Positions 29,668 through 38,083 of a stretch of 64,000 nt of DNA are shown here, piece by piece (the first letter of the stretch is position 1; each line of letters begins with the position of its first letter). A program made the translations under genes and the position numbers. The stretch comes from a bacterium (GTDB lineage: Bacteria > Krumholzibacteriota > Krumholzibacteriia > JACNKJ01): positions 91,578 through 155,577 of the forward strand of contig JAAEPZ010000512.1 of NCBI GenBank assembly GCA_024231955.1. Reading direction: 5' to 3'. The notes below the pieces were generated by a model, which searched no databases, was not told the origin of the DNA, and saw only the letters and a list, made by a program, of their open reading frames with translations.

Positions 29668-30885
29668 ATGCACCCCTTTCTGACCGAAGAGAATCTGCAC
29701 TGGAAAGCGAAAGCCCACGAAGTGGCCGAGAAGGTGGTTCGCCCCCTGGCCAGAAAGTACGATGAGCTCCAGGAGTACCCCTGGGAGATCAAGGACGCCC
29801 TGGCCGAAGCCGGTCTGCTCGGCGTATGGATACCCAAGGAATACGGTGGTGCAGGCGCAGGCGTGCTCAACCTCTGCCTGTGCGTTGAGGAGCTCAGCCG
29901 CGCATGCGGCGGAGTGGGTGTGGCCTATGCAGTCAACGCCCTGGGCAGCTTCCCCATACTCCTGTCCGGCACAGATGAGCAGAAGAGCAAATACCTGCCG
30001 ATGATCGCCTCCGGCGAAAAGCTCATCGCCTTTGGGTTGAGCGAAAAGTTCGCCGGCAGCGACGCGGCCGCCCTGCGTGCCCGAGCCGTGAAGACCGAGA
30101 ACGGTTGGAACCTGAACGGTGAGAAAAAATGGACGACCAACGGCGGCGTGGCCGACCTCTACTCGGTCTTCGCGGTCACCGACCCCGAGAGTCAGAGAAA
30201 CCGGATCAGCGCCTTCATAGTCGAGAAGGACACCCCCGGCTTCACCATTGCCAAGATCGAGGACAAGATGGGCATCCGCGCGGTGCCGGTCGTCGAACTG
30301 GACTTCGAGAACTGTGAAGTCGGCGACGACAGCCTTCTGGGCGGCAAGACCGGGCAGGGCTTCAAGCAGGCCATGCTCACCCTCGACCATGCCCGTCCCG
30401 GCGTTGCGGCGCAGGGTGTAGGTCTGGCCCAGGGTGCCCTGGAATACGCCTCGGTCTATGCGAACCGTCGCAGGCAGTTCGGCAAGAACATCGGCAGCTT
30501 CCAGATGCTGCAGGGGATGCTGGCCGACATGAGCAGTCAGGTTGCGGCCTCCCGTTATCTGGTGTATGCCGCGGCGACGAACATCGACAACAAGGCGCCG
30601 AACATCAGTCGTCTGGCGGCAGAAGCCAAACTGTTCGCCACCGATACCGCCATGAAGGTGACCACCGATGCGGTGCAGCTCTTCGGCGGCTACGGCTACA
30701 TGAAGGACTATCCCATCGAAAAATACATGCGGGATGCGAAGATCACTCAGATCTACGAGGGAACCAATCAGGTGCAGCGGATGGTCATCTCTCGCTGGGT
30801 TCTCAAGCAGGCTCGGGAGTTGGAGTATCTCTGCAACTACCTGCCGGACGAAACCCAGAAGGGTGTCGACCCATCCGAAGTATAA
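29668..30885 (+). CDS. Acyl-CoA dehydrogenase
   Basis: 'GSDAAALRARAVKTENGWNLNGEKKWTTNGGVADLYSVFAVTD' and the C-terminal 'QLFGGYGYMKDYPIEKYMRDAKITQIYEGTNQVQR' are ACAD family signatures. GGAG RBS 4 nt before ATG 29668. A GTG at 29647 is also possible. Confidence 0.85.
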   Translation: MHPFLTEENLHWKAKAHEVAEKVVRPLARKYDELQEYPWEIKDALAEAGLLGVWIPKEYGGAGAGVLNLCLCVEELSRACGGVGVAYAVNALGSFPILLSGTDEQKSKYLPMIASGEKLIAFGLSEKFAGSDAAALRARAVKTENGWNLNGEKKWTTNGGVADLYSVFAVTDPESQRNRISAFIVEKDTPGFTIAKIEDKMGIRAVPVVELDFENCEVGDDSLLGGKTGQGFKQAMLTLDHARPGVAAQGVGLAQGALEYASVYANRRRQFGKNIGSFQMLQGMLADMSSQVAASRYLVYAAATNIDNKAPNISRLAAEAKLFATDTAMKVTTDAVQLFGGYGYMKDYPIEKYMRDAKITQIYEGTNQVQRMVISRWVLKQARELEYLCNYLPDETQKGVDPSEV

Positions 30886-30913
30886 CCTTAACCGGTGATA
30901 TCAATAGATTTAC

Positions 30914-30945
30914 AAAGACGAGTCCTGCGACTCGTCTTTTTTTTG
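30914..30945 (+). terminator. Rho-independent terminator after the acyl-CoA dehydrogenase gene
   Basis: 'AGACGAGTC ctgc GACTCGTCT' perfect 9-bp stem followed by TTTTTTT. Confidence 0.75.
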
Positions 30946-30968
30946 GATCCAGGGCTTGACTTATTGTC

Positions 30969-30996
30969 CTATTGTACCAATACTCTAGTACAATAG
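30969..30996. promoter_or_regulatory. Perfect 9-bp inverted repeat (putative GntR operator) upstream of the GntR-SPFH pair
   Basis: 'CTATTGTAC caatactcta GTACAATAG' contains the GT...AC core typical of GntR-family operators. It sits ~30 bp upstream of the GntR ATG, and 'TTGACT' lies at 30955-30960. Confidence 0.5.
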
Positions 30997-31025
30997 TCCT
31001 ATCATTCCAGCAACGGGAGGGTCAT

Positions 31026-31424
31026 ATGACGATCAAGGGCAATGCCATGACCCTGGACACCGCCAGCGGTGTGCCCATCTATCGCCAGGTTATTGACTGG
31101 GTGAAGGTGGCCGTCGCGGACGGGAGACTGGCCTCGGGGGAGCAGCTGCCGACAGTGCGCCAACTCGCGGTCGATCTCAATGTCAACTACAACACCGTCG
31201 CGAGAGCTTACCTGGATCTGGAGCGTGAAGGGGTAGTCCACACGCTTCGGGGCAAGGGGACATTCGTGGCGGAGGTCGAAATCACCGAGAGCGACCTGGT
31301 ACGCAGCCAAAAGCTGCGTGATCTGGTCACGGAATTCCTGGCTCGATCTTCCGAATTCGGGTTCGGGTCGCAGGAGATCCAGGCCGAACTGGCCGAACGT
31401 CTCCTTAAAAAGGGGGAGTCATGA
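31026..31424 (+). CDS. GntR family (short YtrA-like) transcriptional regulator
   Basis: 'PIYRQVIDWVKVAVADGRLASGEQLPTVRQLAVDLNVNYNTVARAYLDLEREGVV' is a GntR winged-HTH. GGAGGG RBS before ATG 31026. Preceded by a perfect palindrome. Confidence 0.75.
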   Translation: MTIKGNAMTLDTASGVPIYRQVIDWVKVAVADGRLASGEQLPTVRQLAVDLNVNYNTVARAYLDLEREGVVHTLRGKGTFVAEVEITESDLVRSQKLRDLVTEFLARSSEFGFGSQEIQAELAERLLKKGES

Positions 31425-32581
31425 ACATCCCGAATATCAAAGTAGAAGGTGCTTCAAAACAGGTCATCGAACAGATGCGCCCCGATTTCCGCTACGGGGC
31501 GATCAATCAGATCGGTTTCATCGCCATCATGAGTATCGGTGCGGTTGTGCAGTTGCAGATCGGCATGCCCGAGAGTAGCCAGATCAGCGTCCGACCCGAT
31601 ATCTTCGCCATCATTGCCTCTATCGTCATGGGTGGCATCATGACAATGGCTCCAAGATGGCACACTGTGATCGGCCTGGGTGTGATCTACTGGGCGCTGC
31701 TCCGTTTCATATGGGGCGGCATGGAGATCTGGCCCATGCACTTCGCGGCTCCTCTGGGCCTGCTGTTCTCGGCGTCGATCGAGGTCGCCAAACAGTGGGA
31801 GAAAACAGTGGTTCTGAGGTTGGGCAAGTTCCAGTCGCTCAAGGGGCCGGGATTCTTCACGATCCTCCCGTTGATCGACCGCGCCGACGCCTACATCGAC
31901 CAGCGGGTGCGGGTAACCGACTTCGCGGCCGAGACCACTTTGACCAAGGACACCGTGCCGGTGAGCGTGGATGCCATCGCCTTCTGGATGGTCTGGGACG
32001 CCAAGATGAGTGTGCTGGAGGTGGCCGACTTCAACAACGCGATCACACTGGCTGCGCAGACCGCGCTGCGGGATGCCATCGGCAAGCATGATCTGGCAGA
32101 GATGCTCACGGACCGCGACCGGATCGGCAGTGAGATCCAGGCGGTGCTTGACACCAAGACCACCCCCTGGGGCATCACGATCCAGTCGATCGAGATTCGC
32201 GACGTCGTGATCCCGAAGGAGTTGGAGGACGCCATGAGTCGTCAGGCCCAGGCGGAGCGGGAACGTCACAGTCGGGTCATCCTCGGTACGGCCGAGACCG
32301 AGATCGCCGAGAAATTCGCACTGGCCAGCGAGTCCTATCGCGACAATCCCGTCGCTCTGCACCTGCGAGCCATGAACATGGTCTTCGAGGGTTTGAAGAA
32401 GAAGGGGAGCATGGTCATAGTCCCCTCCTCGGCAGTCGAAACCATGGGGCTAGGCGCGCTGGGTGGTCTTGCCTCCCTGGGCAAGATAGGCGACCAGGGT
32501 GGTGCGGCTGAGGAGCAAAACGCAGCCCCCGATCCGGTGGCACAGGCTCCATCACCGACTCCGGAATCGGACATCAAGTAG
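31421..32581 (+). CDS. SPFH / band-7 (stomatin-like) family membrane protein
   Basis: N-terminal TM region followed by 'VVLRLGKFQSLKGPGFFTILPLID...VPVSVDAIAFWMV...ITIQSIEIRDVVIPKELEDAMSRQAQAERE'. Start ATGA overlaps the GntR stop. Confidence 0.85.
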   Translation: MNIPNIKVEGASKQVIEQMRPDFRYGAINQIGFIAIMSIGAVVQLQIGMPESSQISVRPDIFAIIASIVMGGIMTMAPRWHTVIGLGVIYWALLRFIWGGMEIWPMHFAAPLGLLFSASIEVAKQWEKTVVLRLGKFQSLKGPGFFTILPLIDRADAYIDQRVRVTDFAAETTLTKDTVPVSVDAIAFWMVWDAKMSVLEVADFNNAITLAAQTALRDAIGKHDLAEMLTDRDRIGSEIQAVLDTKTTPWGITIQSIEIRDVVIPKELEDAMSRQAQAERERHSRVILGTAETEIAEKFALASESYRDNPVALHLRAMNMVFEGLKKKGSMVIVPSSAVETMGLGALGGLASLGKIGDQGGAAEEQNAAPDPVAQAPSPTPESDIK

Positions 32582-32798
32582 GTCAGGATAAAACCACAAC
32601 ATCAGAAGAAATGACGGCGGGGTTGCCACCTCGCCGTCATTTTTGTTGCCCACAGGCACATCTTCTGCTCAAATCCAGATGTGTTATATACGGACCTCAA
32701 TCGTGCCAAGTAATCGCCCAATCCTCGACGATGTGGACGAGTTTCATCCACGACCAATGGAGCGTTGGAGTATGGACGAAATCAAAGGGAGAGAATAT

Positions 32799-34571
32799 AT
32801 GAAGGATCATCTGTTTCGTATACTGGCGCTTGCGCTGGTACTGACTCTGATCGGAGCCGGTTGCCTGACCAGCAGCAGCGACGATGACGACGCCACCATT
32901 CCGTCGGTCAGCTTCACCAATCTGATTGATGGTGATATGATCTTCACTCTGACACCGGAAATACTCATTCAGTTCAGCGAGGCGATGAACGAATCCAGCG
33001 TGGAGAGCGCGCTCACACTCAGCACGGCAACCCGTGAGGATGTCCTCTTGGACTTCGTATGGGAAGGCCGCAATCTGGTGTTCGAACCCCGGAATCCGTT
33101 GGACTACGGCACGGATTACACGGTCACCATCGGTACGGGTGCGCAAAGCGATCAGGGCGAGAACCTGACGACAGCCTGGACCATCGCTTTCAATACCCTC
33201 CTCTCAACACCCATGGTGAAATCGACATTGCCTGATGATGGGGCTCCCGACATCGGGTTGAACACTAACGTTACCGTCAAGTTCAGTATGGATATGGAGG
33301 AGATCTCGACCGAAGCGGCAATCTCCATCCTCCCCTCGGTCCCCTTTGAAGCCGATATCGCCGATGAGGACGATGTGCTGACAATTACCTTCACCACCCC
33401 CCTCACGGCCGAAACCGAGTACACCATTACGGTCGATGAGACCGCGACGAGCTCCATGGGCGCCAACCCGATGGCCGAGGACTATGTCTTCTCCTTCACG
33501 ACGGGCAGCATGATCGACGATACACCCCCTTCGATTGAAGCCTTCAGTCCCCGAAATGGATCTGCCAATGTCGCCCGAGACATCAGCATCATGACTATCA
33601 CCTTCTCCGAACCCATCAACCCCGAGACGTTCAGCCCCTCGTGGATCGATTACAGATTGGAGAAACTGATCCCTGGAGAGCCCGTGTTTTCCGCGGACAA
33701 CAGGGTTCTCACGGTTCCTCTGCAAAATCTGCCCCCCGGGATAACACTGGCGGTTGATTTCGGACCATTTTCCGATCTCGCCGGCAATGTCAGTGAAGAC
33801 CCCGTCCCCTACAGTTTCACGGTAGCCGGCACCCCCTCCTGGTTCCCCAACGGAACCAACGACTGGTGGGAGCTCTACGGGGAACGTTATGACGGTCACT
33901 TCTCTGAAGAGATCGAGTTCCTCTGGCAGGTTGAGAACAAATCGGGCAACAATTTCGATGTCAGCCGTTACGAGAAACCGGATTTCGGCTTGGAGAACCG
34001 CACGGATCCCCCGGCGGATTACACAGAGCTTAGCGACACCTGGCACTACACCTACACGGGCGATGATCTTTACGTCCGTGGGTGGAGCGAATTCGATGAT
34101 GAGGATGTCTGGCAAGCTCAGATGTTCGATACTCCGGTCCTTTGGCTTCAACTCCCGGCTACAGTCGGCGATGAGTGGCAACAAGTCGCCACGACAACGA
34201 TGGATGGGGTAACTGCTCGCATTACGGCCAACTTCTCGGTTGTCGAAATCGGCGATTTCCCGTCGGATGCCGGGCCATATGTGCGCGAGGAGGATATGGA
34301 CAGCGACTTCGCCGATTGCGTGGTCATCAGGATGGAATTCGCCATCCATGCTCTCATCGAGGAGGCCTGGGAGGTTCAGGTGGAGGGTATCAGAGACACC
34401 TGGTATTGCGAGGGTGTAGGTATCGTCTTCATGTTTGAGGAGAGCACTGATTACGAAGAGGGTGTTGCGCAACCGACGGATACCGAAATCACCGAGCTCG
34501 CGCCCATTATAATCATCGATGGGCTGGATGAAGATGTCTTTCCCTATCAGTCCTACTCCACTTACGAGTAG
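32799..34571 (+). CDS. Lipoprotein with tandem bacterial Ig-like (SbsA/Big_5-type) domains
   Basis: Lipobox 'LTLIGAGC' after MKDHLFRILALALV. Repeated ~100 aa modules with 'P(S/D)..(F/T)..L.DG..D......I.I.FSE.M' characteristic of Big_5. Terminator hairpin downstream. Confidence 0.5.
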   Translation: MKDHLFRILALALVLTLIGAGCLTSSSDDDDATIPSVSFTNLIDGDMIFTLTPEILIQFSEAMNESSVESALTLSTATREDVLLDFVWEGRNLVFEPRNPLDYGTDYTVTIGTGAQSDQGENLTTAWTIAFNTLLSTPMVKSTLPDDGAPDIGLNTNVTVKFSMDMEEISTEAAISILPSVPFEADIADEDDVLTITFTTPLTAETEYTITVDETATSSMGANPMAEDYVFSFTTGSMIDDTPPSIEAFSPRNGSANVARDISIMTITFSEPINPETFSPSWIDYRLEKLIPGEPVFSADNRVLTVPLQNLPPGITLAVDFGPFSDLAGNVSEDPVPYSFTVAGTPSWFPNGTNDWWELYGERYDGHFSEEIEFLWQVENKSGNNFDVSRYEKPDFGLENRTDPPADYTELSDTWHYTYTGDDLYVRGWSEFDDEDVWQAQMFDTPVLWLQLPATVGDEWQQVATTTMDGVTARITANFSVVEIGDFPSDAGPYVREEDMDSDFADCVVIRMEFAIHALIEEAWEVQVEGIRDTWYCEGVGIVFMFEESTDYEEGVAQPTDTEITELAPIIIIDGLDEDVFPYQSYSTYE

Positions 34572-34601
34572 AACCTGTCTGCAGACTTAAGTTCGATTAC
34601 C

Positions 34602-34632
34602 AACGGGGGCGGCCGGGCTGCCCCCGTTTTTC
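34602..34632 (+). terminator. Rho-independent terminator after the Big-domain lipoprotein gene
   Basis: 'AACGGGGGC ggccgggct GCCCCCGTT' followed by TTTT. Confidence 0.7.
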
Positions 34633-34840
34633 AATATGCGCCCGTGACCGATTCATTGAGATCTTACTATCCCCGGAAACGGATCAATGCAGAACAGATG
34701 TCACTTACATTATTCCGACAGAGTCGAGAACAATGCGGGAGCTACGGGCATCTCACAGGAATTGGCTAAGACTCCAGCGATTGCGATCGATAAAAGCACA
34801 ATACCACGATGTGCATCTTCACACTGATAAAGGAGTTTCC

Positions 34841-35104
34841 GTGAAGCAAGCAACCCAGGTCGTAACCGGTAACGACTCTATGCCCGCCAAGAGTTTCTTC
34901 AACATCATGCTCGGTCAGGTAGAGCGGTTCATGGAGTGCCCGATCTCCTACTTCGCCACCGTCGAGAAGGACGAGACGATGTTGATCATGAGAGGTTGGT
35001 CGCGGAATGTAATGGCTGTCTGCGCTTCGACAGACAAACCTCTGGTCTACAAGCTGGAGGAGACCGGGGTTTGGGGTGATGCCTCAGGGAGAGAAAGGCC
35101 GTGA
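34841..35104 (+). CDS. Small hypothetical protein (87 aa)
   Basis: AGGAG RBS 5 nt upstream of GTG 34841. The region has lower GC. No recognisable domain. Stop overlaps the next small ORF (GTGA). Confidence 0.3.
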   Translation: MKQATQVVTGNDSMPAKSFFNIMLGQVERFMECPISYFATVEKDETMLIMRGWSRNVMAVCASTDKPLVYKLEETGVWGDASGRERP

Positions 35105-35310
35105 TCATCAATGACTATCAGGGCTGCACCAAACCCACGAAGAAGGGGCACTGCGAGAAGTGCCCCTTTTATCATGATTGCCCTCGGATGAGGGGGGGCA
35201 ATTGTCGGAGCCGGATCAGCGAGAACAAACAGCCGGATCAATCCGCCCGGTACGCACCGGAGAATTCAGGAGAGAATCCGCATCGCGAAGCGACTGGATT
35301 CTTCGTGTAA
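35101..35310 (+). CDS. Small Cys-rich (zinc-ribbon-like) hypothetical protein (69 aa)
   Basis: GTG start overlapping the upstream stop. 'GCTKPTKKGHCEKCPFYHDCPRMRGGNC' gives C-x8-C-x2-C-x5-C spacing. The last 12 codons are encoded by copy 1 of the 77-bp repeat, so the 3' end is uncertain. Confidence 0.25.
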   Translation: MIINDYQGCTKPTKKGHCEKCPFYHDCPRMRGGNCRSRISENKQPDQSARYAPENSGENPHREATGFFV

Positions 35311-35336
35311 GCAAAACAGCTCCGCTGTTTTGCGCC
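35260..35336 (+). repeat. Copy 1 of a ~77-bp direct repeat containing two hairpins
   Basis: 'GAATTCAGGAGAGAATCCGCATCGCGAAGCGACTGGATTCTTCGTGTAAGCAAAACAGCTCCGCTGTTTTGCGCC'. Internal inverted repeats GAATCC...GGATTC and GCAAAACAGC-tcc-GCTGTTTTGC. Confidence 0.8.
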
Positions 35337-35354
35337 AACGTATTACCGGGAACA

Positions 35355-35430
35355 TGAATTCAGGGAAGAATCCGCATCGCGAAGCGACTGGATTCTTCGT
35401 GTAAGCAAAACAGCTCCGCTGTTTTGCGCC
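35355..35430 (+). repeat. Copy 2 of the ~77-bp direct repeat (2 mismatches), 94-bp periodicity, immediately upstream of the exonuclease RBS
   Basis: 'GAATTCAGGGAAGAATCCGCATCGCGAAGCGACTGGATTCTTCGTGTAAGCAAAACAGCTCCGCTGTTTTGCGCC'. The 63-bp core is identical to copy 1. Confidence 0.8.
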
Positions 35431-35520
35431 GATGTGATACCTTGCAGACAGTCTATTCTCCTCCCGACAAACCGTCGCGAGCTGAGCGTTACCGTCCCTG
35501 CCCTGCTGCAAGGAGGACCC

Positions 35521-36432
35521 GTGCCCGTCCTGCTGGTCGATGCCATGGCCTACATCTTCCGCGCGTATTATTCGTCCCCGGAATCCAGAACCTCCGACGG
35601 TCGCGCCAACAACGCCTGTTTCGGCTTCACAGATTTCCTCATCCGCCTGATCAACCGCGAAGAACCCAGCCACATGGCGGTGGTGTTCGACTCCGGCCCC
35701 CTCACCTTCCGCAACGAGATCTATCCCGACTACAAGGCCAACCGGAGCGAGACTCCGGCCGATCTCGTGCAGCAGTTTGAACCCTGTTTCGAACTGGCGC
35801 AGGCGTTGGGACTTCGTTCGGTCCGTCTTCCCAACTTCGAGGCGGATGATGTTCTGGCCACCCTCACCGAAAAGTGCGTCGCAGGTGAGCGGGATGTGCT
35901 GATCATCTCGGGGGACAAGGATCTGGCGCAGTTGGTCACGGACCGGGTGAGCGTACGTGATCCCGGGCGCAACCGCCGCTTCACGGTGCGCACGGTGCCT
36001 AAACGGTTCGGCGTGCGCCCCGACCAGATGGTCGACTATCTGGCCCTAACCGGTGACGCCAGCGACAACATCCCCGGCGTGCGGGGCGTTGGCCCCAAAA
36101 CCGCCGCCCCTCTGCTTGAAACCCTGGATTCTCTGGATGGGATCTTCGCCAATCTGGAGCGGGTCGGCGAACTGCCGATCCGTGGCGCCAAAAGCCTCGC
36201 CGCCAAACTGGAGCAGGGGCGCTCCGACGCCTATCTCTCACAAAAACTCATCAATCTGCGTCGCGATCTACCCCTGGAACTCGACCTTCACGACCTGACC
36301 TGGACCGGCGCCAGACGCGAAACCTGCGAATCACTCTTCGCGGATTGGGGATTGTCGAATATGATCCCCTTCGTCCCCAGGTGGCGTGAAAAGGGTAGTG
36401 AGAATCTGAATCTGTTCGGAGGTGGAGAATGA
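35521..36432 (+). CDS. 5'-3' exonuclease (standalone Pol I N-terminal / FEN-like, ExoIX/Xni-type)
   Basis: All conserved acidic motifs are present: 'LLVDAMAYIFRAYY', 'VVFDSG', 'PDYKANRSETP', 'FEADDVLATL', 'ISGDKDLAQL', 'LTGDASDNIPGVRGVGPKTAAPLL' (H3TH). AGGAGG RBS 4 nt before GTG 35521; the ORF is open from 35434. Confidence 0.8.
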   Translation: MPVLLVDAMAYIFRAYYSSPESRTSDGRANNACFGFTDFLIRLINREEPSHMAVVFDSGPLTFRNEIYPDYKANRSETPADLVQQFEPCFELAQALGLRSVRLPNFEADDVLATLTEKCVAGERDVLIISGDKDLAQLVTDRVSVRDPGRNRRFTVRTVPKRFGVRPDQMVDYLALTGDASDNIPGVRGVGPKTAAPLLETLDSLDGIFANLERVGELPIRGAKSLAAKLEQGRSDAYLSQKLINLRRDLPLELDLHDLTWTGARRETCESLFADWGLSNMIPFVPRWREKGSENLNLFGGGE

Positions 36433-37352
36433 CGCGACTCGGACTGGCTCTCGGAGCCGGAGGCGCGCGGGGTCTGGCCCATATTGGGGTGCTCACCGTG
36501 CTGGAGCAGGCGGACCTGATCCCCACCTGCATCTCCGGAACGAGTATGGGAGCGATAGTCGGCGCTCTCTACGCGGAGAATCTCAACGCCAGCGACGTCG
36601 CCGGGAAGATCTGGACCTACACCTCGGATCCGAAATTCAAATCCAGTTGGGCCCCCTTTATCGAAGGGGACGACCTCGATCAGGAGAGAAACTTCGTCCA
36701 GGAGCTGCGACGCAACATCCAGAAGCGGATTCTCACGTTCAAAACCTTCACCTCCCCGGCTCATCAGAAGACCGAGGTGCTGATGGAGCCGCTGGAAGCT
36801 CTGTTCCAGGCCAATTCGATCGAGGAGTTGAAGATCGCCTTCGCTGCAGTAGCGGTGGATCTCTGGAGCGGCGCCCCCCACATCTTCACTGCCGGCGACA
36901 TCACGCAGGCCATCTACGCCAGCAGCGCCATTCCGGCGGTATTCCCCCCCCTACATCTGGGTGACAAGCTGCTCAGCGATGGCGGCGGTCCCTATCGCGT
37001 TCCGGTGAAGGTATGCCGGGAGCTGGGGGCCGACTTCGTACTGGCAGTGGATATACCCTCGTTTACACTTGATCGGGAGGAATTCAAATCGGGTATCGAC
37101 ATCGTGATGCGCAGCGACACGATCGCACGGCATCGCCTGAACCGGATGGTGCTGCGAGAGGCCGATTTCGTGGTTCGCCCCGATGTTGAGAATTTCCACT
37201 GGGCCAATTTCGCAGCCGCCGACCGGATCCGCGAGGCGGGCGAGGCGGCCATGCGCTCGGCCCTGCCCGCTCTGCAGGAATGTATCAAGGAGCGCAACAG
37301 CATTCGGTATCGCTTCCAAAGCAAACTGCGCAACCTCATCGGCGATACGTAA
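36429..37352 (+). CDS. Patatin-like phospholipase
   Basis: 'LGLALGAGGARGLAHIGVL' (oxyanion Gly-rich loop) and the 'GTSMG' nucleophile elbow. 'DGG' Asp motif near aa 195 (LLSDGGG). GGAGG RBS. Start ATGA overlaps the exonuclease stop. Confidence 0.85.
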   Translation: MTRLGLALGAGGARGLAHIGVLTVLEQADLIPTCISGTSMGAIVGALYAENLNASDVAGKIWTYTSDPKFKSSWAPFIEGDDLDQERNFVQELRRNIQKRILTFKTFTSPAHQKTEVLMEPLEALFQANSIEELKIAFAAVAVDLWSGAPHIFTAGDITQAIYASSAIPAVFPPLHLGDKLLSDGGGPYRVPVKVCRELGADFVLAVDIPSFTLDREEFKSGIDIVMRSDTIARHRLNRMVLREADFVVRPDVENFHWANFAAADRIREAGEAAMRSALPALQECIKERNSIRYRFQSKLRNLIGDT

Positions 37353-37361
37353 GGGGTCAAC

Positions 37362-37931
37362 ATGTCCATAGATATAGGTTGGAGTAACTTCGCCCTGGGG
37401 CGCTACAAGCCGGGAAGCTCCCACAGCCATTTCACCGGCACGAATGAGGAGCTGCTGACGCTGGTCCGGGAACATTGGAGGACGCGACGCCCGGGTGCGG
37501 GTCGCGATGGCCTGAATGAGGTGGTGATTGTCTCATGCCCCCCCGAACGGTTCGTCTGCGGGACAGTGCTGGTCGACGAAAACACCGCCATCAGGGCGCT
37601 GTTCAGAAAACGTCAAGCTCACGAAGACGGCTACGTTGAGATCCGGGCCGCCGGCCCCCGCGAATCGGCGCTGGTGGCCGACGTGGTTCTTTACAGTTCC
37701 GCAACCTTGCTGGCGAACGGCGGTGAGCAGAGCGGCGACTATGACTGGGAGATAGTCAGTATCCAGGCAGGCTCCACCCCGGACGAGCCCATGCACCCGC
37801 TGACCATGGCCCGCAACCTTCTGGCCAGGCCGGGCGGGACCCCCTGTGAATATTCGGCCCGGGAATTTGCCGAAGCAATCTACTACTGGAGCTGCCGTTG
37901 CAGCATAGATCCGGAGGCCGCCCGGGATTGA
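37362..37931 (+). CDS. Conserved hypothetical protein (DUF-like), third gene of the exo-patatin cassette
   Basis: AGGGG RBS, 9 nt after the patatin stop. No motif I can name with confidence. Confidence 0.5.
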   Translation: MSIDIGWSNFALGRYKPGSSHSHFTGTNEELLTLVREHWRTRRPGAGRDGLNEVVIVSCPPERFVCGTVLVDENTAIRALFRKRQAHEDGYVEIRAAGPRESALVADVVLYSSATLLANGGEQSGDYDWEIVSIQAGSTPDEPMHPLTMARNLLARPGGTPCEYSAREFAEAIYYWSCRCSIDPEAARD

Positions 37932-38083
37932 ATCAATAGGTCACGTGAGCCTGTTATCAGTGTGAGACTTGCTATTCGACTCCGAAGCACCTAAATTCTC
38001 CTTTGCTTGGTTGCATTTCGGGATGCCCTGCGCTAGTATGGCCCGGATCAATTCCAGAGCTTCATTCTGATTTCATGTGACTT

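Noticed and set aside
30972-31025. Upstream extension of the GntR ORF (tracked start 30972, 'MYQYSSTIVLSFQQREGH').
   Set aside because: The extension overlaps the operator palindrome and has no RBS. ATG 31026 has a GGAGGG RBS and yields a canonical GntR N-terminus.
35260-35430. Possible CRISPR array.
   Set aside because: There are only two repeat copies. The repeat length (~77 bp) and the fixed 17-31 bp 'spacer' do not fit CRISPR architecture, and no cas genes are nearby.
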